Part shown: positions 1 through 14,900 of the stretch, one piece after another
How the letters are laid out: each line of letters starts with the position of its first letter
How positions within the stretch are numbered: the stretch's first letter is position 1
Origin: Chrysomallon squamiferum
Lineage: Eukaryota; Animalia; Mollusca
Direction: 5' to 3'
Length of the DNA: 64,000 bases
NCBI GenBank assembly: GCA_012295275.1
Contig: CM022674.1
Location: 7,750,001 to 7,814,000, forward strand
The notes under the pieces: generated by a model
Told to the model about the DNA's origin: nothing
What the model saw: the letters and a program-made list of their open reading frames with translations, nothing else
Databases searched by the model: none
Translations under genes and position numbers: made by a program

Positions 1-536
1 CCTGTGTGTTGTCAATATGTAGAGTCAGCTGAAGAGAATGAATCAAAATCTGCAAAACGCCAGGGTATCAATGCCACCAATGGAGATACTCTCTGGTGGT
101 AAGTAAAACTGTTCAGTTGTATTATTAGTAACAGAGTCTTCATGTTAAAACAAAACTGTTCAAGAGATATGAATTAAAATTACAGTCAATATCATCTGAT
201 GTAAAACAGTTTTGCTGAAAATATCATGGGATGTCATATATAGACTGTTAACTAAATACAACATCTAATAAAGTTTATCAGTCTGCAAAGATATTATCAT
301 CAAATAGCTTGGGGTTCAGAACAAAAAACCCTGCTTACTATAATTATGATGTACTGGTACTTCTTGAGATGTAGTTCTTATTAGGTTTTGATGTGCAAAG
401 AATTACACAAATTCCTATCTCAGTATACTGATCATTACTCTGTGTAACTTTTAGCAAAGTTATACATTAAGATAATCTTCATTTCTGATGTTGTCAATAA
501 AACTGATAAAAAAACAAACAGAATGACTAACAACAA

Positions 537-572
<36 letters not shown>

Positions 573-3500
573 CTGCAAATAAATAAATAATCAATACCCT
601 AAATTCATCCTTTTTTAACAATGAGTTGGAATGATAAATTAGATGAAAAAAAAATGTTTTCATATGACTGACATTTTCAAACATTTTCAGACATTGGGGA
701 TAACATTAGTGAAATGATTTGTAAGCTGATGTGCAGGAAGAGATGACAAATTTTCCTGAACGTCTTATAAAAGCAGCAGCACAAGAAGACATCAAAACTG
801 TAAAAGAAATTCTTTCCAGTAATCCCAGTTTGGTAAGATCTTTTCCATAATTCTAGTTAGGTCAGATATTTTTCCCCAAACCCTATCTTTTCCATAGTTA
901 TAGTTTGCTAACATCTTTTTCCAAATCCTTGTTTGATAACATCTTTCCTGTAATACTAGTTTTGTAATATATTCTCCTATAATTCTAATTTTGTAATAGT
1001 CTGTAGTTAAGATTGTTTCCTATAATGCTACTTTGATGAAATTTGTTTCCATACTACTGTTGTGAAAATTTGTATTTTTATACCACATACTAAGATAGTT
1101 TCACATGAAACAGAAAATAAATGTGGTCAGTCCTAGCTTGATAAGAAATTACAAGTTTCTTTGTTTATTTTTTTTCATATTTTTCAATGATTTATGAGTT
1201 AAAGATATTTCAGTCTCTCCTAGTGTTGTACATGATAAATTCAAATTTATCTCAAATTAGTTTAAAATCAGATCTTGTGACATGTATATTGAAGAGGTTT
1301 TGATGACAGTGTGTTCACTCTATAACTATGTACATGTTTAAACATAACAGTTAAATCAGTGTAACTGACATTAATCATCAAACTAAGATTACCGGGGGAT
1401 TTTTCTTATTTTTTATTTCTATTAATTTTTTTTCAGACTACATATTTGGGGAATTTTGTAATGCACAAAATTTTAAATATATATAATAAGAGAAATGATG
1501 ATCAGAAATAAAATATTTTTATTCCATAATGAAAGGTTTTATTAAGAAAAGGTGTATACATATATGCAGGTGAATGAGATTGTGGATGGAAACAGTCCAT
1601 TACAACTGGCTTGCTACACAGGTAGCAGTGAAGTTGTGAAAATTATCTTATCATATAAAGCTGATCCAAATCTGGTTGACGAAGAAGGAGACACTGCTCT
1701 TCATTTTGCTGTTTCTCAGTAAGTTAAACTTTACATTACATCACTTCAGAGCAAGTTAAATCTTTATACAACATATCATTTCATTTAGCTGCTATATAGT
1801 AAGATGAGTATTTATTTAACATTATTTCACACTAAGTTAAATTTCTTTCTTTATATGTGATCACTTAATCATGCTATTTCATAGTAAATTAAATATAAAT
1901 CTTTATTTAATATCATTTCATTATGCTGTTTTATTAAGATGTATCTGTATATTTATATAACATCATTTCATCATGCTGTTTTATTAAGATGTATCTGTAT
2001 ATTTATATAACATCATTTCATCATGCTGTTTTATTAAGATGTATCTATATATTTATATAGCATTGCTTAATAATGCAGATTTATTAAATTATATCTATAT
2101 CTTTATATAACATCATTACATAATGCAGTTTTATTAAGATATATCTATAGCTTTAGGTAACATAATTTTGCTGTTTTAATAATTTATATCTATATCTTTA
2201 TGTAACATCATTTCATCATGCTGTTTTAATAATTTATATCTATATCTTTATATAACATCAATTCATTATTCTGCCTCACAGTCAGTTAAATCTATCTCTT
2301 TCTCGTGCTGTTTAACAGTAAGTTAAATATATTTTTATGTGACATGTCATTTCACCATGTGGTTTCACAGTAAGTTAAATGTGTTTCTTTAAATTATCAC
2401 ATTACTGTTCTGTTTAAAGCTATAATTATACTTTTATATAACATAGATAAATTGTGTCATTTCATGATTATTATGTTTTTCAGAGGCCGAGATGAAATTG
2501 TGAAAATCCTAACTGATAAAGGTGCTGACATGAACAAAAAGAATAAAAAAGGACTGACACCATGTCACCAAGCAGTGACTGCAGACAGTGAAGAAATTGT
2601 GAAAATCCTCACTGACAAGGGTTGTGATGTTAACACACAGGTTATATATGTATTCATTTTTTATTAACTTGTCACATATTTTCTTTTTATTTATTCAAAA
2701 CTGTATATATGTAGTATATATTTCCCTGTGTATTTATATAGAGTTATTTATATATATAATAAGATTAATTTTAATTACAAATAGTTTGTTTTCCTCAGTA
2801 TCCTATACAAATAACTATTCAACTGAAGTTCACAAAACACATTTAAATATTTATTTATTTAATTTTGAGCCTTGATTCTAATTATGTTATAGAAAAAAAA
2901 ACCCAGAAACCCACCTAAATTCCAAAAATGCCCTTTTCTAATTATTGTTCCTGTTTGCAAATTTTGCATTGATACATTTACTTTATAATGAAATTTTAAA
3001 TTTGTATTGCATCTATTAATTGTTAGTTTGTTGTGATTTATAAAATTATTTCTTAATCGTATAATTTTGCATATTTATTTTGAAAAGATGATCTCTAATA
3101 TGTAAACATTGAGTTTGTTCTGACAAAAGGATAATGATGGAGACACTCCACTCCATGATGCTATGGATAACTACCCAATTTGTGAGATGTTGATGAAGGT
3201 GAAGAAAATTAGATGTGACATTTTCAACAGTGAGGGGATGTCTGCTTTTCATGTGGCTGTAATGAATAATAAAGAAAAGTATGTGTGGCTTTCAGCTGTC
3301 AAGCCAGTCAGTTGCCTTTATCCTTTTTGACCAGAACTTTATAAAGATTTTATTATTATTATTATCATTATTATTATTATTATTATTAGTAAAGTTTAGT
3401 AGTCACATATCATGTAATTATGAATCATATGAATGATCAGTGGCATTTTAAAAAATCACCTCATGTGATCTCTTTAAATTATCAATATGAACATTTTTTT

Positions 3501-6500
3501 TAAACAACTTAGCTAATTAGAATATTAATTGATTCTAAAACAAACACTTTATAGTCTGTTTATCATATACTGGCTGTACTTGAAGAACATTTTGAGTATG
3601 TGAACACTCTTTGCTTTTATTTTTTTTATCATTGTCTTTCATGTAATCCTAGGTTTATAATTTGTATGCTGTAACCACAACCTGAAAATACATAAATGTA
3701 AAGTTGTACAATGATTTCTTAGAAATATAAATTGAAAACGACATTTTTCTAGTCTCAGAACATTCTTAAAATGACCAGTAACTGCACCACCATTGAATGA
3801 GGCACCTTGTTTGTTGTGAGGTTTGACATGTGAAATCGATGATGGGATCTTGGTGGTTGAGTCATGTTTGATGTCTGCAACTGAGTACATTGCCAGAGTT
3901 CATGGTTTTGTTTAATTTTGTCAAGAAGAAAGATGATACTACTCATCTGTATCTGTTGCTCTTGTGATGATGCTTAGTGTCAATCAGGTGATTTATATTT
4001 TTTTGTACTTGAATATATCAAACCTGTATCATTGGTTATCAATAGCACCATGTCCCCTTGTTGGACTCAGTGACAGATAGGGTCATTGTTGATAAACTTC
4101 TTTAACTCAATTATTAGTGAACTTCTGAAAAGGCTTCCTACCAATGTTACAGGATCATCATCTTCTGATGAAGAAACAAAGACAAATAGTGTGAAGACAT
4201 CAACAATTATTTCTTGAGGTTTCTCATCATTGGGTCTGCTGAAAAATTATCACCTTTGTGAAACAGAATGGGGCCCAAAAGTTAGCCATTCAGTGCAAAT
4301 TGTCAAGAAATTGAGGAATGGATCTCTGATATGTATATCTGTGGAACTATATATTCCAAACGGTCAGTGATATTTTAAATATCATAAGTTTGGTCATGGA
4401 CAGCATACATGTTATAACAGATGTGCTCAATATAGTCAGTTTAACCATGAAAGCAAAACACATAAAAATCACATTGCAAGTAACAGTTATGGAAGGAAAC
4501 ACTCATGAGAGTGTTCAAAGTAGAAATTGGTGAAAGCATATAGATAGATAGATAGATAGATAGATATGAAACCTGTCATTCCATGAGGCTACAAAAGTGT
4601 TGAGTAATCTTCATCAGTAGCAGTTCAAAGATGGACACTGATTATGGCATTGGGATCAATTCTGACATCTGTTTGTTGGGTCATGGCAAATGCATCTGCA
4701 AATAACTATACTCGCAATTTTTCTTCTTTTGTCACTAAGTAATAAAGCTGAAAAGCATTCTATTAATTTTAAAGTATACAACAAACCCTTCTCAGTAGAA
4801 GAGTTGGACATTGCTCTATGTTGAACTCACGATATTTCAACAGGCCAAAATGAAATACATTACTAATTATTTAAACTTTTACTTAGCTCTTGTCTCTAGC
4901 TTCATCCAAACATTTTAATGAAATTTGGATTTCTGGTGACTTTCCTTCTGATTAGAGGGCAGTTATTCCTGGTCCAAAGGCTGTTAAGGATCCAACAAAT
5001 TCTGTTAATTATTACCCAGTTTCCTTGACAAACTGCATCTGTAAACCAATGGAATGAATGATCAGTCGCAGATTTGTCTGGTTTCTTTATTACTAACATG
5101 CAACATGGGTTCATGACCAGATGTAATGTGATTGATCAACTTGATGGATTTCAAACATCTTGCAGGGAAGTTTCATCCACAATCAACACTTATTTTCAGA
5201 GTGTTTTGATTTGGACATTATGGGTATTATCGTATTAGGGACTTTCATGGCTTCAGTCTAAGAGGTCACCCTCCTACTTTTATAGATAACTTTTTAGGTT
5301 AGTCTCCTGACTGCTTTTTTGTGCAAAGATGTTTCTGCTATATGGTATGAAGATAAAATCATTACCAAAACATCCTACAAAAAATGCAGTTTCTGATAAC
5401 AAAAATGTATTTGTTGCGAGGCCAAGTGCCAAACCTATGGACTTTGTATCATGGAGTATTTATTCTGCTTTCAACACTGATTTCTCTAACATTTTGGAAC
5501 CATCTTCATATTTTGTTTTACCACCTTGTATCAAGCAACCAAAGACTGTGCTTGAAAAAAAGTATTCAGATGAATCTATATGTTAGCAACTTTTTATAGA
5601 AATTCGAGGAAGATACTGTGACTGCATTTCTATCAATTCAGATGAATCACCTGGATGGGAATTCTGCGTCATGTGCAGTGTTTTTTCCATCAGAAACTGA
5701 AATTTCCATGAGACTGCTAGATTTCAGGATCTTTGTTACTATTGAAGTTTGGGCAGTATTTTAAGCCCTGGAACAAAAAAGGCTTCATCCAAATATCTTA
5801 TTTAACTGACATTTTTGTGCCTCCCAGTTTACAATATATGAAACTGGAACCTCCCTTAATTGCAATGGTGATATAAAGATGTCTGTTTTTTTATTTTTCC
5901 ATAAAGACATTAGTGAACTCTCGGCCATGTTAGCATAAACGGTAATTATTTTAATGCAATTTTACCATTTAATTTTATATATAAATCATTGTTATACCTC
6001 TGTCTGACACAATAGCCAAATTGTGAACTGGGATGTCATTAAACATCCACTCATTCATTCATTTCTAGACTCAAGTGATTGATTATTTTCAATACATTCA
6101 AATTGTGCTAGACCAGATTGTTAGCAACTGTTCCTTATCTAGTAAATAACACTTTTTTTAATCTCATTATTTTCAAATTAATGCTCTCTATCGATTTCTG
6201 AAAGAGTGGATCTAAGAAAAAAAGCCTTGTGATTTGCTTGTATTGTTGATAATTATTTGAAAATGTTTGTGATCATCAAAATATTTTTCTTTTAATTTCA
6301 GGTTAGCGGAACTGATATTTAAAAAACAGCCATCAGTTGTCAACCTAAAGACAAAGAAAGGAGGATACACTGCACTGCACATTGCAGTTATCAATGGATA
6401 CAGGTCTCTTGTCAGCTGTCTTCTTAGTGAGGTATTCATTTTCATTAAGAGATAAGTGATGAATTGCTATTACATTATTTATATCTTCAGTATGAACTCC

Positions 6501-9500
6501 AGAAAGTTCATATATTATACATTATTTATATCTCTAGTAGGAACATGATGAATGAATGATCTTCTGTTACACTATTTTTATCTCTAGTAAGAACATCAAG
6601 ATGGATCTATTTTTCATTACATTATTTATATCTAGTAAGAACATCAAGATAAATTTATTTTCATTACATTATTTATACCTAGGAAGAACATCAAGATGAA
6701 TTTATTTTCATTACATTCTTTATATCTCTAGTAGGAACATCAAGATGGATTTATGTTTTCATTACATTATTTATACCAAGGAAGAACATCAAGATGAATT
6801 TATTTTCATTACATTATATATATCTCTAGTACGAACATCAAGATGGATTTATATTTTCATTACATTATTTATATCTAGTAGGAACATCAAGATGGATTTA
6901 TATTTTCATTACATTATTTATATCTCTAGTAGGAACATCAAGATGAATTTATATTTTCATTACATTATTTATATCTGTAGTAGGAACATAAAGATGGATT
7001 TATATTTTCATTACATTATTTGTATCTCTAGTATGAACATCAAGATGGATTTGTTTTCATTACATTATTTATATCTCTAGTATGAACATCAAGATGGATT
7101 TGTTTTCATTACATTATTTATATCTCCTCGTAAGGATTTAACATTGTGTTTTAGGGAAAAGCTGATGTAAATGCTAAGGATAACAGCCACCAGACACCTC
7201 TTCACCTGGCTGTGATCAGGAAATCTTTGCCTATTGTTGATGTTCTTCTTTTCACAAGTGAGATTATGTTAAAATTATTATTTTTTTAATGAATTTATTT
7301 CTTCCTTTTTTCTTACTTACTGATTATCTTTTGGGATTTAATTTATTTTGTAATTTTATTTTTTATATATGTGTATGTGTCTGCATGTCAGTATGTCAGT
7401 GGATGTGTTTATTTGCATGTGCATATGTGTCTGTAAATGTCTGCATTTTGTAAGAGTCATTTGTGTATTTTTGTATGTGGGTGTGTTGGTATTTTTCTTG
7501 GGAGGGGGTGTGCATATTTGTGAAGAAGAAACTAAATCATTTTTGTAGAAGACATTACAAATGTTATTCTTATTTTTTGATAGATGCAGATGTAAATACT
7601 CAGGATATCAATGGAAATACACCATCACATTTGGCTCCCATAAAACCATCCTTAGAAATGATAGTAAGTTATTTAAGATAGAAAAATATTCATTAGATAA
7701 AAGGTTTATGTTGAAGTATATTATGCATTGTTTCAAATTTGTATCAGTTTTTCAAACCCATCAAAATTCAGTTAATAACTAAGTCAAAAAAAGAGTTTAA
7801 AACTATTTGCTTTGATCCATGCCTCTGTAGTTGTGATGTCATCATGTAGAGATTTCTACTAATGTCATAAAACTACAGTATCAATATAAGTTAGACAGTG
7901 TCTATTATATATGTCTTGTAATATTATTAGTTAATTTTACTATTGCAAAATTTTTGAATGATGATAATAAAATAATTACTTGGATGTATAAAGAATTTTA
8001 ATAGACCATGTATTTGTAGCACCTATGATAACATTAAAACAGTAACATCATTAAAACAATAATAAATTTATATGTTGTTGTCTGATGTTGTGTTGTTCAT
8101 TTCAGGACACTTTTATCCAGGATGGGAATGAGATAACAGAAGAAGATGATACATCTCCTGATATTCTTTACATGCTGGCTGATCAAGGAGCAAATCTCAC
8201 AATAAAAAACAAAGATGGCAATACAACCATAGACCTGATACAAAACAAAGAATTAGCCAGGGTACTGATGAGGTAAAAAACCCCAGTAATATTGCAGTCA
8301 ACATTTAATGAAATAAATTAATAATCTCGCACCTGAAAGTATCATTTTATTATTGCTTATCACTGTTGTTCATGGGAAAAGAACTTTTGTGAACTACAAA
8401 TGTTTCATGTTAATATTTGAATGCTAGGATTTCTTTGACAGCAGAATTATGAATTTCTTTTTCCAAGTTCTATTTTTAATACAGGAAATACACAGCTGCA
8501 ATATTCTGTACTAAACACCTTAGCTAGCCACATTAAATGCAGTCATTTCCTACTTTAGACTGCTCTATCCTGAATATTAAAAACATCTTAATTATATTGG
8601 TGACTGCAATTCAGTTATTTAAATTTATGAGTTAAAACTGTTCATGTTCAGATACAGAAGTGTCAAAAATTTATAACTAAGTCATATTTCTTATCAAAAG
8701 TGAGTCTAAAATGACTTCTACTTTCAGAACTGTTCGAAATGTTCAAACTAAACCAAAAAATGCCACTGATCCACCATCGTACTGGCAGTCCATGCAACAA
8801 GGTGTCAAGGTCCAGAAAATCTCTCTGAGTTATGAAGACCCCTTGACATCTGAAGAATATCAGAAAGTTTCCAATGATTTCAAGAGGACGCTCCCTAACA
8901 AATCTGTCATAGCAATACACAGAATTCAGAATCTTGACAGATGGGAACCTTTTGCTTTGTATGTATTCAGTATTCTGAACCTAATTTTCTTACATTTTAT
9001 ATAAGTGTTTGAATATGACATATTTTAAGATTTGAGAAAAAAAATGTAATTAAAAATTTAGCTTTTGATAAAAGAAAATGTATGACTTTATATAAGTGAT
9101 GTTTTCCTAAAACTGACAGCAGATTTTATTGTAAAAATGTCTTAGTCTGATTTGACACATTAAATGCAGTTGGAGGAAATGTAGCTTGCTATTTAGCACA
9201 TCTAATGTTATATCTCATCATCATACTAAAGTAAATTCATTTTACACGCCGTCATTTGCCTTCATGAGCAGACATGTCCAAAGTCTTAATATTATCATTT
9301 ACTTATATTAGACTGCATCCACCTTATCACATTATCACATCACATCATTCATACTAGTCTGTAATTTAAATGGTAAAATAAGAAAACCACATGTTGAGAG
9401 ATATGTGGTCTGATAGCATCGTTGAATCAAAGACTGCAGTGTAAACAAAAAATATTAAAAATTATATAATAATTCATCTGTCACAAGATTAAAGAGAGAA

Positions 9501-10923
9501 ATTATCTTTAATTATAGTATAAAAAATTTCATAGTAAAAGTAAAATCTGAAGAATTTACCAGAAACAGTAAATTGAATTTTAAAATTCCATACTATACTT
9601 CCAGGATTTCCATGCTGCATATGAACCATGTTATACTGATGTCCAAAGAAATATATATTTACAACTGCTAACAAGGGTCATACTTAGAACATCTTTTTCT
9701 GCCTTCACAAAGCCATTTTAAATTTCAGGAAAAAACAAATCATGGAACGAAATTATGGCCTAGATGGTGCAAATGAGCAACAACTGTTCCATGGTACCAA
9801 AGCAGACATTGTTGATCGCATTGTAAATCAAGGTATTGACTTTAGAGTGGTAAAGCGAGCATTGTATGGTGATGGTGCCTACTTTGCTTCAGAATCCAAA
9901 ACATCTGATGGCTACACAGAACCAAATGAAGAAGGAAACAGGTAACACAAATTTTTAAAGTTTCATTAGAATGAACATGACCAAAATTTAATTGAAAATA
10001 AATACAACTCAGTGTGTCTACGTGTGTGTAAATGTTTTAATAATCATATTACATATAAAAAAATAGTTTTCAAATGTTAATTTTAACATTAACCTGTTTA
10101 GAATGTTCATTTATCTGCAAATAATTAATAACTGCATAGTATTTGAACCTAAATCTTTCATATAATTGAATTGATAAAAGAAGCTAGGTCAATAAAAAAA
10201 AAAAAAAAATATTTTTCATTTTATAGAAGCAAAAATGCCTATCTTTAAATATAAACATATCAATTTTATATAAAATAATGAAAAGAAAAAAGAAGAAAAG
10301 AAAATAGTAGTCACAAAACAGGCTGAAAAGTTCACAGGCTAACATCATGCCCTTGTGGAATATGACCACATATAGCTTATTTTTCAGTGTAGTCCCTATT
10401 GCATCAATACACTTCTTCCAGTGATGCTGCAGTATTTAAGTCCCCTTGGCATAGAAGTACTTGTACTTCATCTGACATAACTGCTTCAGTACTGCAACAA
10501 ATGGTTTTACACTTCTTCCAGTGATGCTGCAGTATTCGGGTCCCCATGGCATAGAAGACCTCAACAGATATACTTTATCTGACATAATGGCTTCAGTATT
10601 GTTAGCCAGCCAAATGGTTGCTGTTGGGTTTATGTATTTTTTTATTTTTTATTTTTATATTTTGTGTTTGTGTGAAGAAACATTAATGTAATTAAAATAA
10701 GTAATGAATACGATTATATTTTTCTAGGTTTATGTTCAGGGTGAGAGTACTTGTTGGAAAATGTACAAAAGGTGAAAAAGGAATGAAAAAACCACCACCT
10801 GTTGACCAATCTGTGCCCGATGAACTCTATGACAGTGTCGTCAATAACATAGACGAAACTAAGATATTTGTAATTTTTGACAATGCCCAGTGCTATGCAG
10901 AATACTTAATAGAGTACTATTAA
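1..10923 (+). CDS. Mind bomb-like/ankyrin-PARP fusion gene, copy A (5' part outside window). Exons <1-98, 691-832, 1570-1718, 2484-2640, 3130-3278, 6302-6431, 7155-7257, 7584-7663, 8106-8272, 8728-8958, 9729-9941, 10728-10923
   Basis: GT-AG bounded, phase-compatible exons encode ankyrin repeats (GNSPLQLAC, GDTALHFAV, GLTPCHQAV, GDTPLHDA, GYTALHIAV, QTPLHLAV) then PARP motifs (LFHGT, YGDGAYFA, LYDSVVN..KIFVIFDNAQCYAEYLIEY*). Two indels near 64 (+1 G) and ~722 (-1) interrupt the frame; they may be consensus errors. Confidence 0.88.
1900..2400. repeat. ~50 bp intronic minisatellite (also ~33880-34320)
   Basis: Unit CATCATTTCATCATGCTGTTTTATTAAGATGTATCTGTATATTTATATAA. Confidence 0.85.
4150..5950 (+). 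mobile_element. Decayed non-LTR retrotransposon (I/Nimb-like with RNase H): ORF1 and deleted ORF2 remnants in a copy A intron
   Basis: Fragments FLRFLII..KLSPF, VKKLRNGSL, HKFGHGQ..C (gag-like ORF1); KDPTNSVNYYPVSLTNCICK (RT); ..GHVSINGN (RNase H end); many stops and indels. Confidence 0.75.
6500..7130. repeat. ~45-48 bp intronic minisatellite (also ~39600-40000)
   Basis: Unit GAACATCAAGATGGATTTATTTTCATTACATTATTTATATCT(CT)AGTA(G), about 12 copies. Confidence 0.9.
8728..10923 (+). CDS. PARP/ART catalytic domain of copy A (3 exons), H-Y-I mono-ART type
   Basis: PPSYWQSM...EEYQKVSNDF...IHRIQN lead-in, then NEQQLFHGT, GDGAYFA, MFRVRVLVG, YDSVVN, KIFVIFD..QCYAEYLIEY. Ile sits at the position of the catalytic Glu of poly-ARTs, as in PARP7/11/12. 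Confidence 0.92.
10313..10625 (-). mobile_element. Corresponding mariner remnant in copy A, with an internal ~100 bp tandem duplication
   Basis: Same terminus CAGGCTGAAAAGTTCACAGGCTAAC; ACACTTCTTCCAGTGATGCTGCAGTAT occurs twice (~10409 and ~10509). Confidence 0.7.
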
Positions 10924-11399
10924 ACTGTTCACAAAAATGACATATGTGTTTGAACTCTTGGTTATAATATATTTTTGATGAAAGTAGTCTAAATATAAGG
11001 TGTTGTTAACTTACATTTCATTAAAGACATTAATAAAATAGATTACTAAAATGAAAAGTGATACAAAATCAATATCAGTGTGATATTTAAAGTTAACAGT
11101 CAGTAATGAAAATTAATTTTATTAAGACAATTTTATTAATGACTGTGGTGCAGTTGTAATAATTTATATTTTAAATCTGTAGTTTTAAACAGAAACAAAA
11201 ATTTTCAACCAGTTATTAAAGTTTTTCACTTAAAGTAATATTTAAAAAATTATATTTTCTAAAACTAATTACACTGTAGTTCAGAATTATTTGAACATGT
11301 AATATCAAAATTGGAATTATTTACGCACAGAAATATTTTATATTGAAAAACTATATATAATTTGAAAGTATTAGTAGCTAATAACTGATATGACAACTG

Positions 11400-11630
11400 T
11401 TAAACTGCATGATTCAAATGTCTCATAAAATAATAACTGCTACATCTGCTGTAACTACATGATTCAAATGTCTCATAAAGTAATAACTGCCACCATGCTG
11501 TAACTACGTGATTCAAATGTATCATAAAATAATAACTACTACCATGCTGTAACTACGTGATTCAAATGTCTCATAAAGTAATAACTGCTACCACTGCTGT
11601 AACTACATGATTCAAATGTCTCATAAGATG
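11400..11630. repeat. ~49 bp minisatellite in the 3' UTR (also ~22110-22430 and ~45060-45420)
   Basis: Unit CTGCTGTAACTACATGATTCAAATGTCTCATAAAATAATAACTGCTAC; copy number differs between paralogs. Confidence 0.88.
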
Positions 11631-12009
11631 ATAGTTGAAGCCATAGTTAAAACTGCATGATCCTTTTCTACTAGACTTGAATCTTATTCAGTATAAAATA
11701 TTGCTTATTTACTTTGTTTTCTTTTCATAAGAATTTTATCTGTATTTTATATTCTTTACTTTTTTTATAGGAATATTATATAATCTTAATAACTTGTACT
11801 AATATTATTATTTATGGTTGAACAATATTGCAGATAATATGTAGAATTAACTCTGGCAGTTGTAACACTTCTAGTAACTGTGAATTATAATAAACAAATA
11901 AAATTAAAGTTGTGGCATTCCATGCAATGGTTTTGTTGTTATTTCATGGGTAACATTATTACTCCTATTTTCTTTAATATTTTATTAACATTTTACTATT
12001 ATTATTATT

Positions 12010-12290
12010 AAATCTATTTTCCATTATTTATTATTTTATTTTCGTGCTTCTATTTTGTAAAATTTAAAATTTATTTTCCATTATTTATTATTTTATTTTG
12101 TTGCGTCTATTTTGTAAAATTTAAATTTTATTTTACATTATTTATTATTTTATTTTGATGCGTCTATTTTGTGGAATTTAAATTTTGTTTTACATGATTT
12201 TATTTTTGTGCGTCTATTTTGTTGTTTTTAAATGTTATTTTACATTATTTATTGTTTTATTTTCGTGCATCTGTTTTGTTCAATTTAAAT
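12010..12290. repeat. ~52-55 bp AT-rich minisatellite (also ~22810-23090)
   Basis: Unit ATTTTATTTTCCATTATTTATTATTTTATTTTGTTGCGTCTATTTTGTAAAATTTAA. Confidence 0.8.
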
Positions 12291-13028
12291 GCTATATGTT
12301 TCTATATAGATGACTTATACATCAAAAGAAGTAACATATGATAACAGTAGGACAAAAAAAGGAAAAGCGATATTGCGAATCATTGCCTTGCAAGGTGAAA
12401 AACTCCATTTTAGTTTCCAGGATATTCAGGTAATTAAACACCTGTTATAAAAACAGTATATATCAGTGAGTAAATTGGGAGATTAATAATATTAAATGAA
12501 GAAGAAAAAATATTATAATAAAAACAAATTGTCACAATATTTAGTATCACTTATACAATAAATTACAAAGCAAGAAGTAAGCTAGAAAGAGTTCAAGGAA
12601 TGTGTGAAAGAAGAATTGTTTCAGTATATCTTATATTTCTACACATTAAAACAAAAGGAAAACAAAATAAACGTGCACTGTACATAGTCAAATTAAGATG
12701 GTAGCTTTCTCATTTTCCAATTTTTCTACTGCAGATAACCATGTGAAATGATGAAGACAAAGTAAATGGTCACATATCCGTCATGTTTCGCTGATTATAT
12801 ATAAAAATAAAGGAATGATTTGTTCGGTTCAGTGCTTTCAGCTGAGTTTTCGTTTATTTCTGAACAAAAGTGTATCACTGTTTTATTATTCATTTTTGCC
12901 CTGTACTTTGTAAGTAATGGTGTCTGTGTGGTCTGAGAGATTTTATAAATTTACTCTAGTGTATTAATAAGTTCCTTTCCGGTTTATGTCAAGCAGGTAA
13001 TTGTCTGATCTTCATAATGACTCACATA

Positions 13029-13500
<472 letters not shown>

Positions 13501-14369
13501 AAACGCACACACAAACAAACACACTTATTTCTGATATTGATAGGACTTCAAATTTTCCATTCATACAGTTTTTATACAGATAAAACGTCAAATAGAGAAT
13601 AAATCAAGCGTTTAAAAGTCAATAAAAATAGGTCAAAACAGTACTTCGGATGAACAGACGCGCTTCTCAAAATATACTATAACTATTGTAAATCTTTCCG
13701 ACATTCCTTTATCAGACGACACCGGTATGTTGAAATAGCTACAAAGTCTGAGGTGAATGTATAGCCAACGAAAGAGAACAAGGTAGGAGCTTTTATACTT
13801 TTTAATTCAAGAAAGGTACTTTTTTTAAAAAATAATTATTCACATTTTAAAGACTGTATAAATGGCTTTAGTTTTACTGTAAAGTTTAAACATAACGATA
13901 ATGTGTATTAATTTATAACATTTTACATACCAGGAAGTATTTAAACAAGCATGTAAAATCTTGTCAAAATTTTCTTTCATTTGTTATTGTTATTGTTGTA
14001 GCTATGGTTGTTGTTGTTGTTGTTGTTATTATTATGGTTATTATGATTATGATTATTATTATTATTATTATTATTATCATTATTAATTTATTTACTTCTT
14101 TTTTAAATTTTAGTGAAATTAACATAAAATTAACATAAAACTACTTGCTTAAAATGTTCTAATATTTACATAAGTTTAATATAAACATAAAATCATCATA
14201 TATACAAGATTAAATTATTTTATTTTTCGTTGCAAAAAAAAAAATAATAATAATAATAAATAATAATAATAAATAAATAAATAAATAAAAATAAAATCGA
14301 AAAGGAAAGAAAAAAATGTCGCTGCTTGTTTCTAGCCATTCGTAACTCGTCAGCCAATTTTTAGTTGAG

Positions 14370-14414
<45 letters not shown>

Positions 14415-14749
14415 TATGAAGATTAAACATTTATTAGAATATTGCGTATTATACAAGCTGTACCAGTGTATGATGTGCACAGACAGTCGATAGTAATAGG
14501 ATACGTCACTATGTCAAAAAGCCTACTAAGACTGAAGTAAAGGAAAATTAATAATTATGGCGCATGAGTGATTAGAGAACAGCCATAAGAGTATCACGCT
14601 GCGGAAGGAAAACCAATCTTACCCAAGTAATATTTAACATTTCTGTTTTAATCTATGTGTTTTTATTTTTAATTATTTAAACTTTGTTAATTTACTGTAC
14701 ACTAATTAATTATTATATGCAATTATAACCAGGAAGTAAATTAAAGGCA

Positions 14750-14763
14750 AGTTTCGGTTTCGT
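14750..14763 (+). promoter_or_regulatory. Consensus ISRE/IRF-binding motif upstream of copy B
   Basis: AGTTTCGGTTTCGT matches AGTTTCNNTTTCNY; ETS-like CCAGGAAGT at ~14729; lies in the CpG-enriched upstream region. Confidence 0.45.
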
Positions 14764-14825
14764 TATAGAATCATTATACTTGTCATAATTCAGATCAAAT
14801 CAATTATAACAATACATTTCATTCA

Positions 14826-14900
14826 TTTTTCCTCGTCTGACTCTCTTAAAGCAGTGTTTAAAAATATAAGACTACTTTAACAGAGTCAGACGAGGAAAAA
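14826..14900. repeat. Near-perfect inverted repeat (~33 bp arms, short loop)
   Basis: TTTTTCCTCGTCTGACTCTCTTAAAGCAGTGTTT ... TAAGACTACTTTAACAGAGTCAGACGAGGAAAAA, about 3 mismatches. Confidence 0.85.

Noticed and set aside
6500-7130. CRISPR-like array or repetitive ORF 6745-7080
   Set aside because: Head-to-tail minisatellite without unique spacers, inside a eukaryotic intron.
1570-10923. Tankyrase (ANK + PARP)
   Set aside because: No SAM domain, no tankyrase zinc motif, an H-Y-I rather than H-Y-E triad, far fewer ankyrin repeats, and a Mind bomb-type N-terminus.
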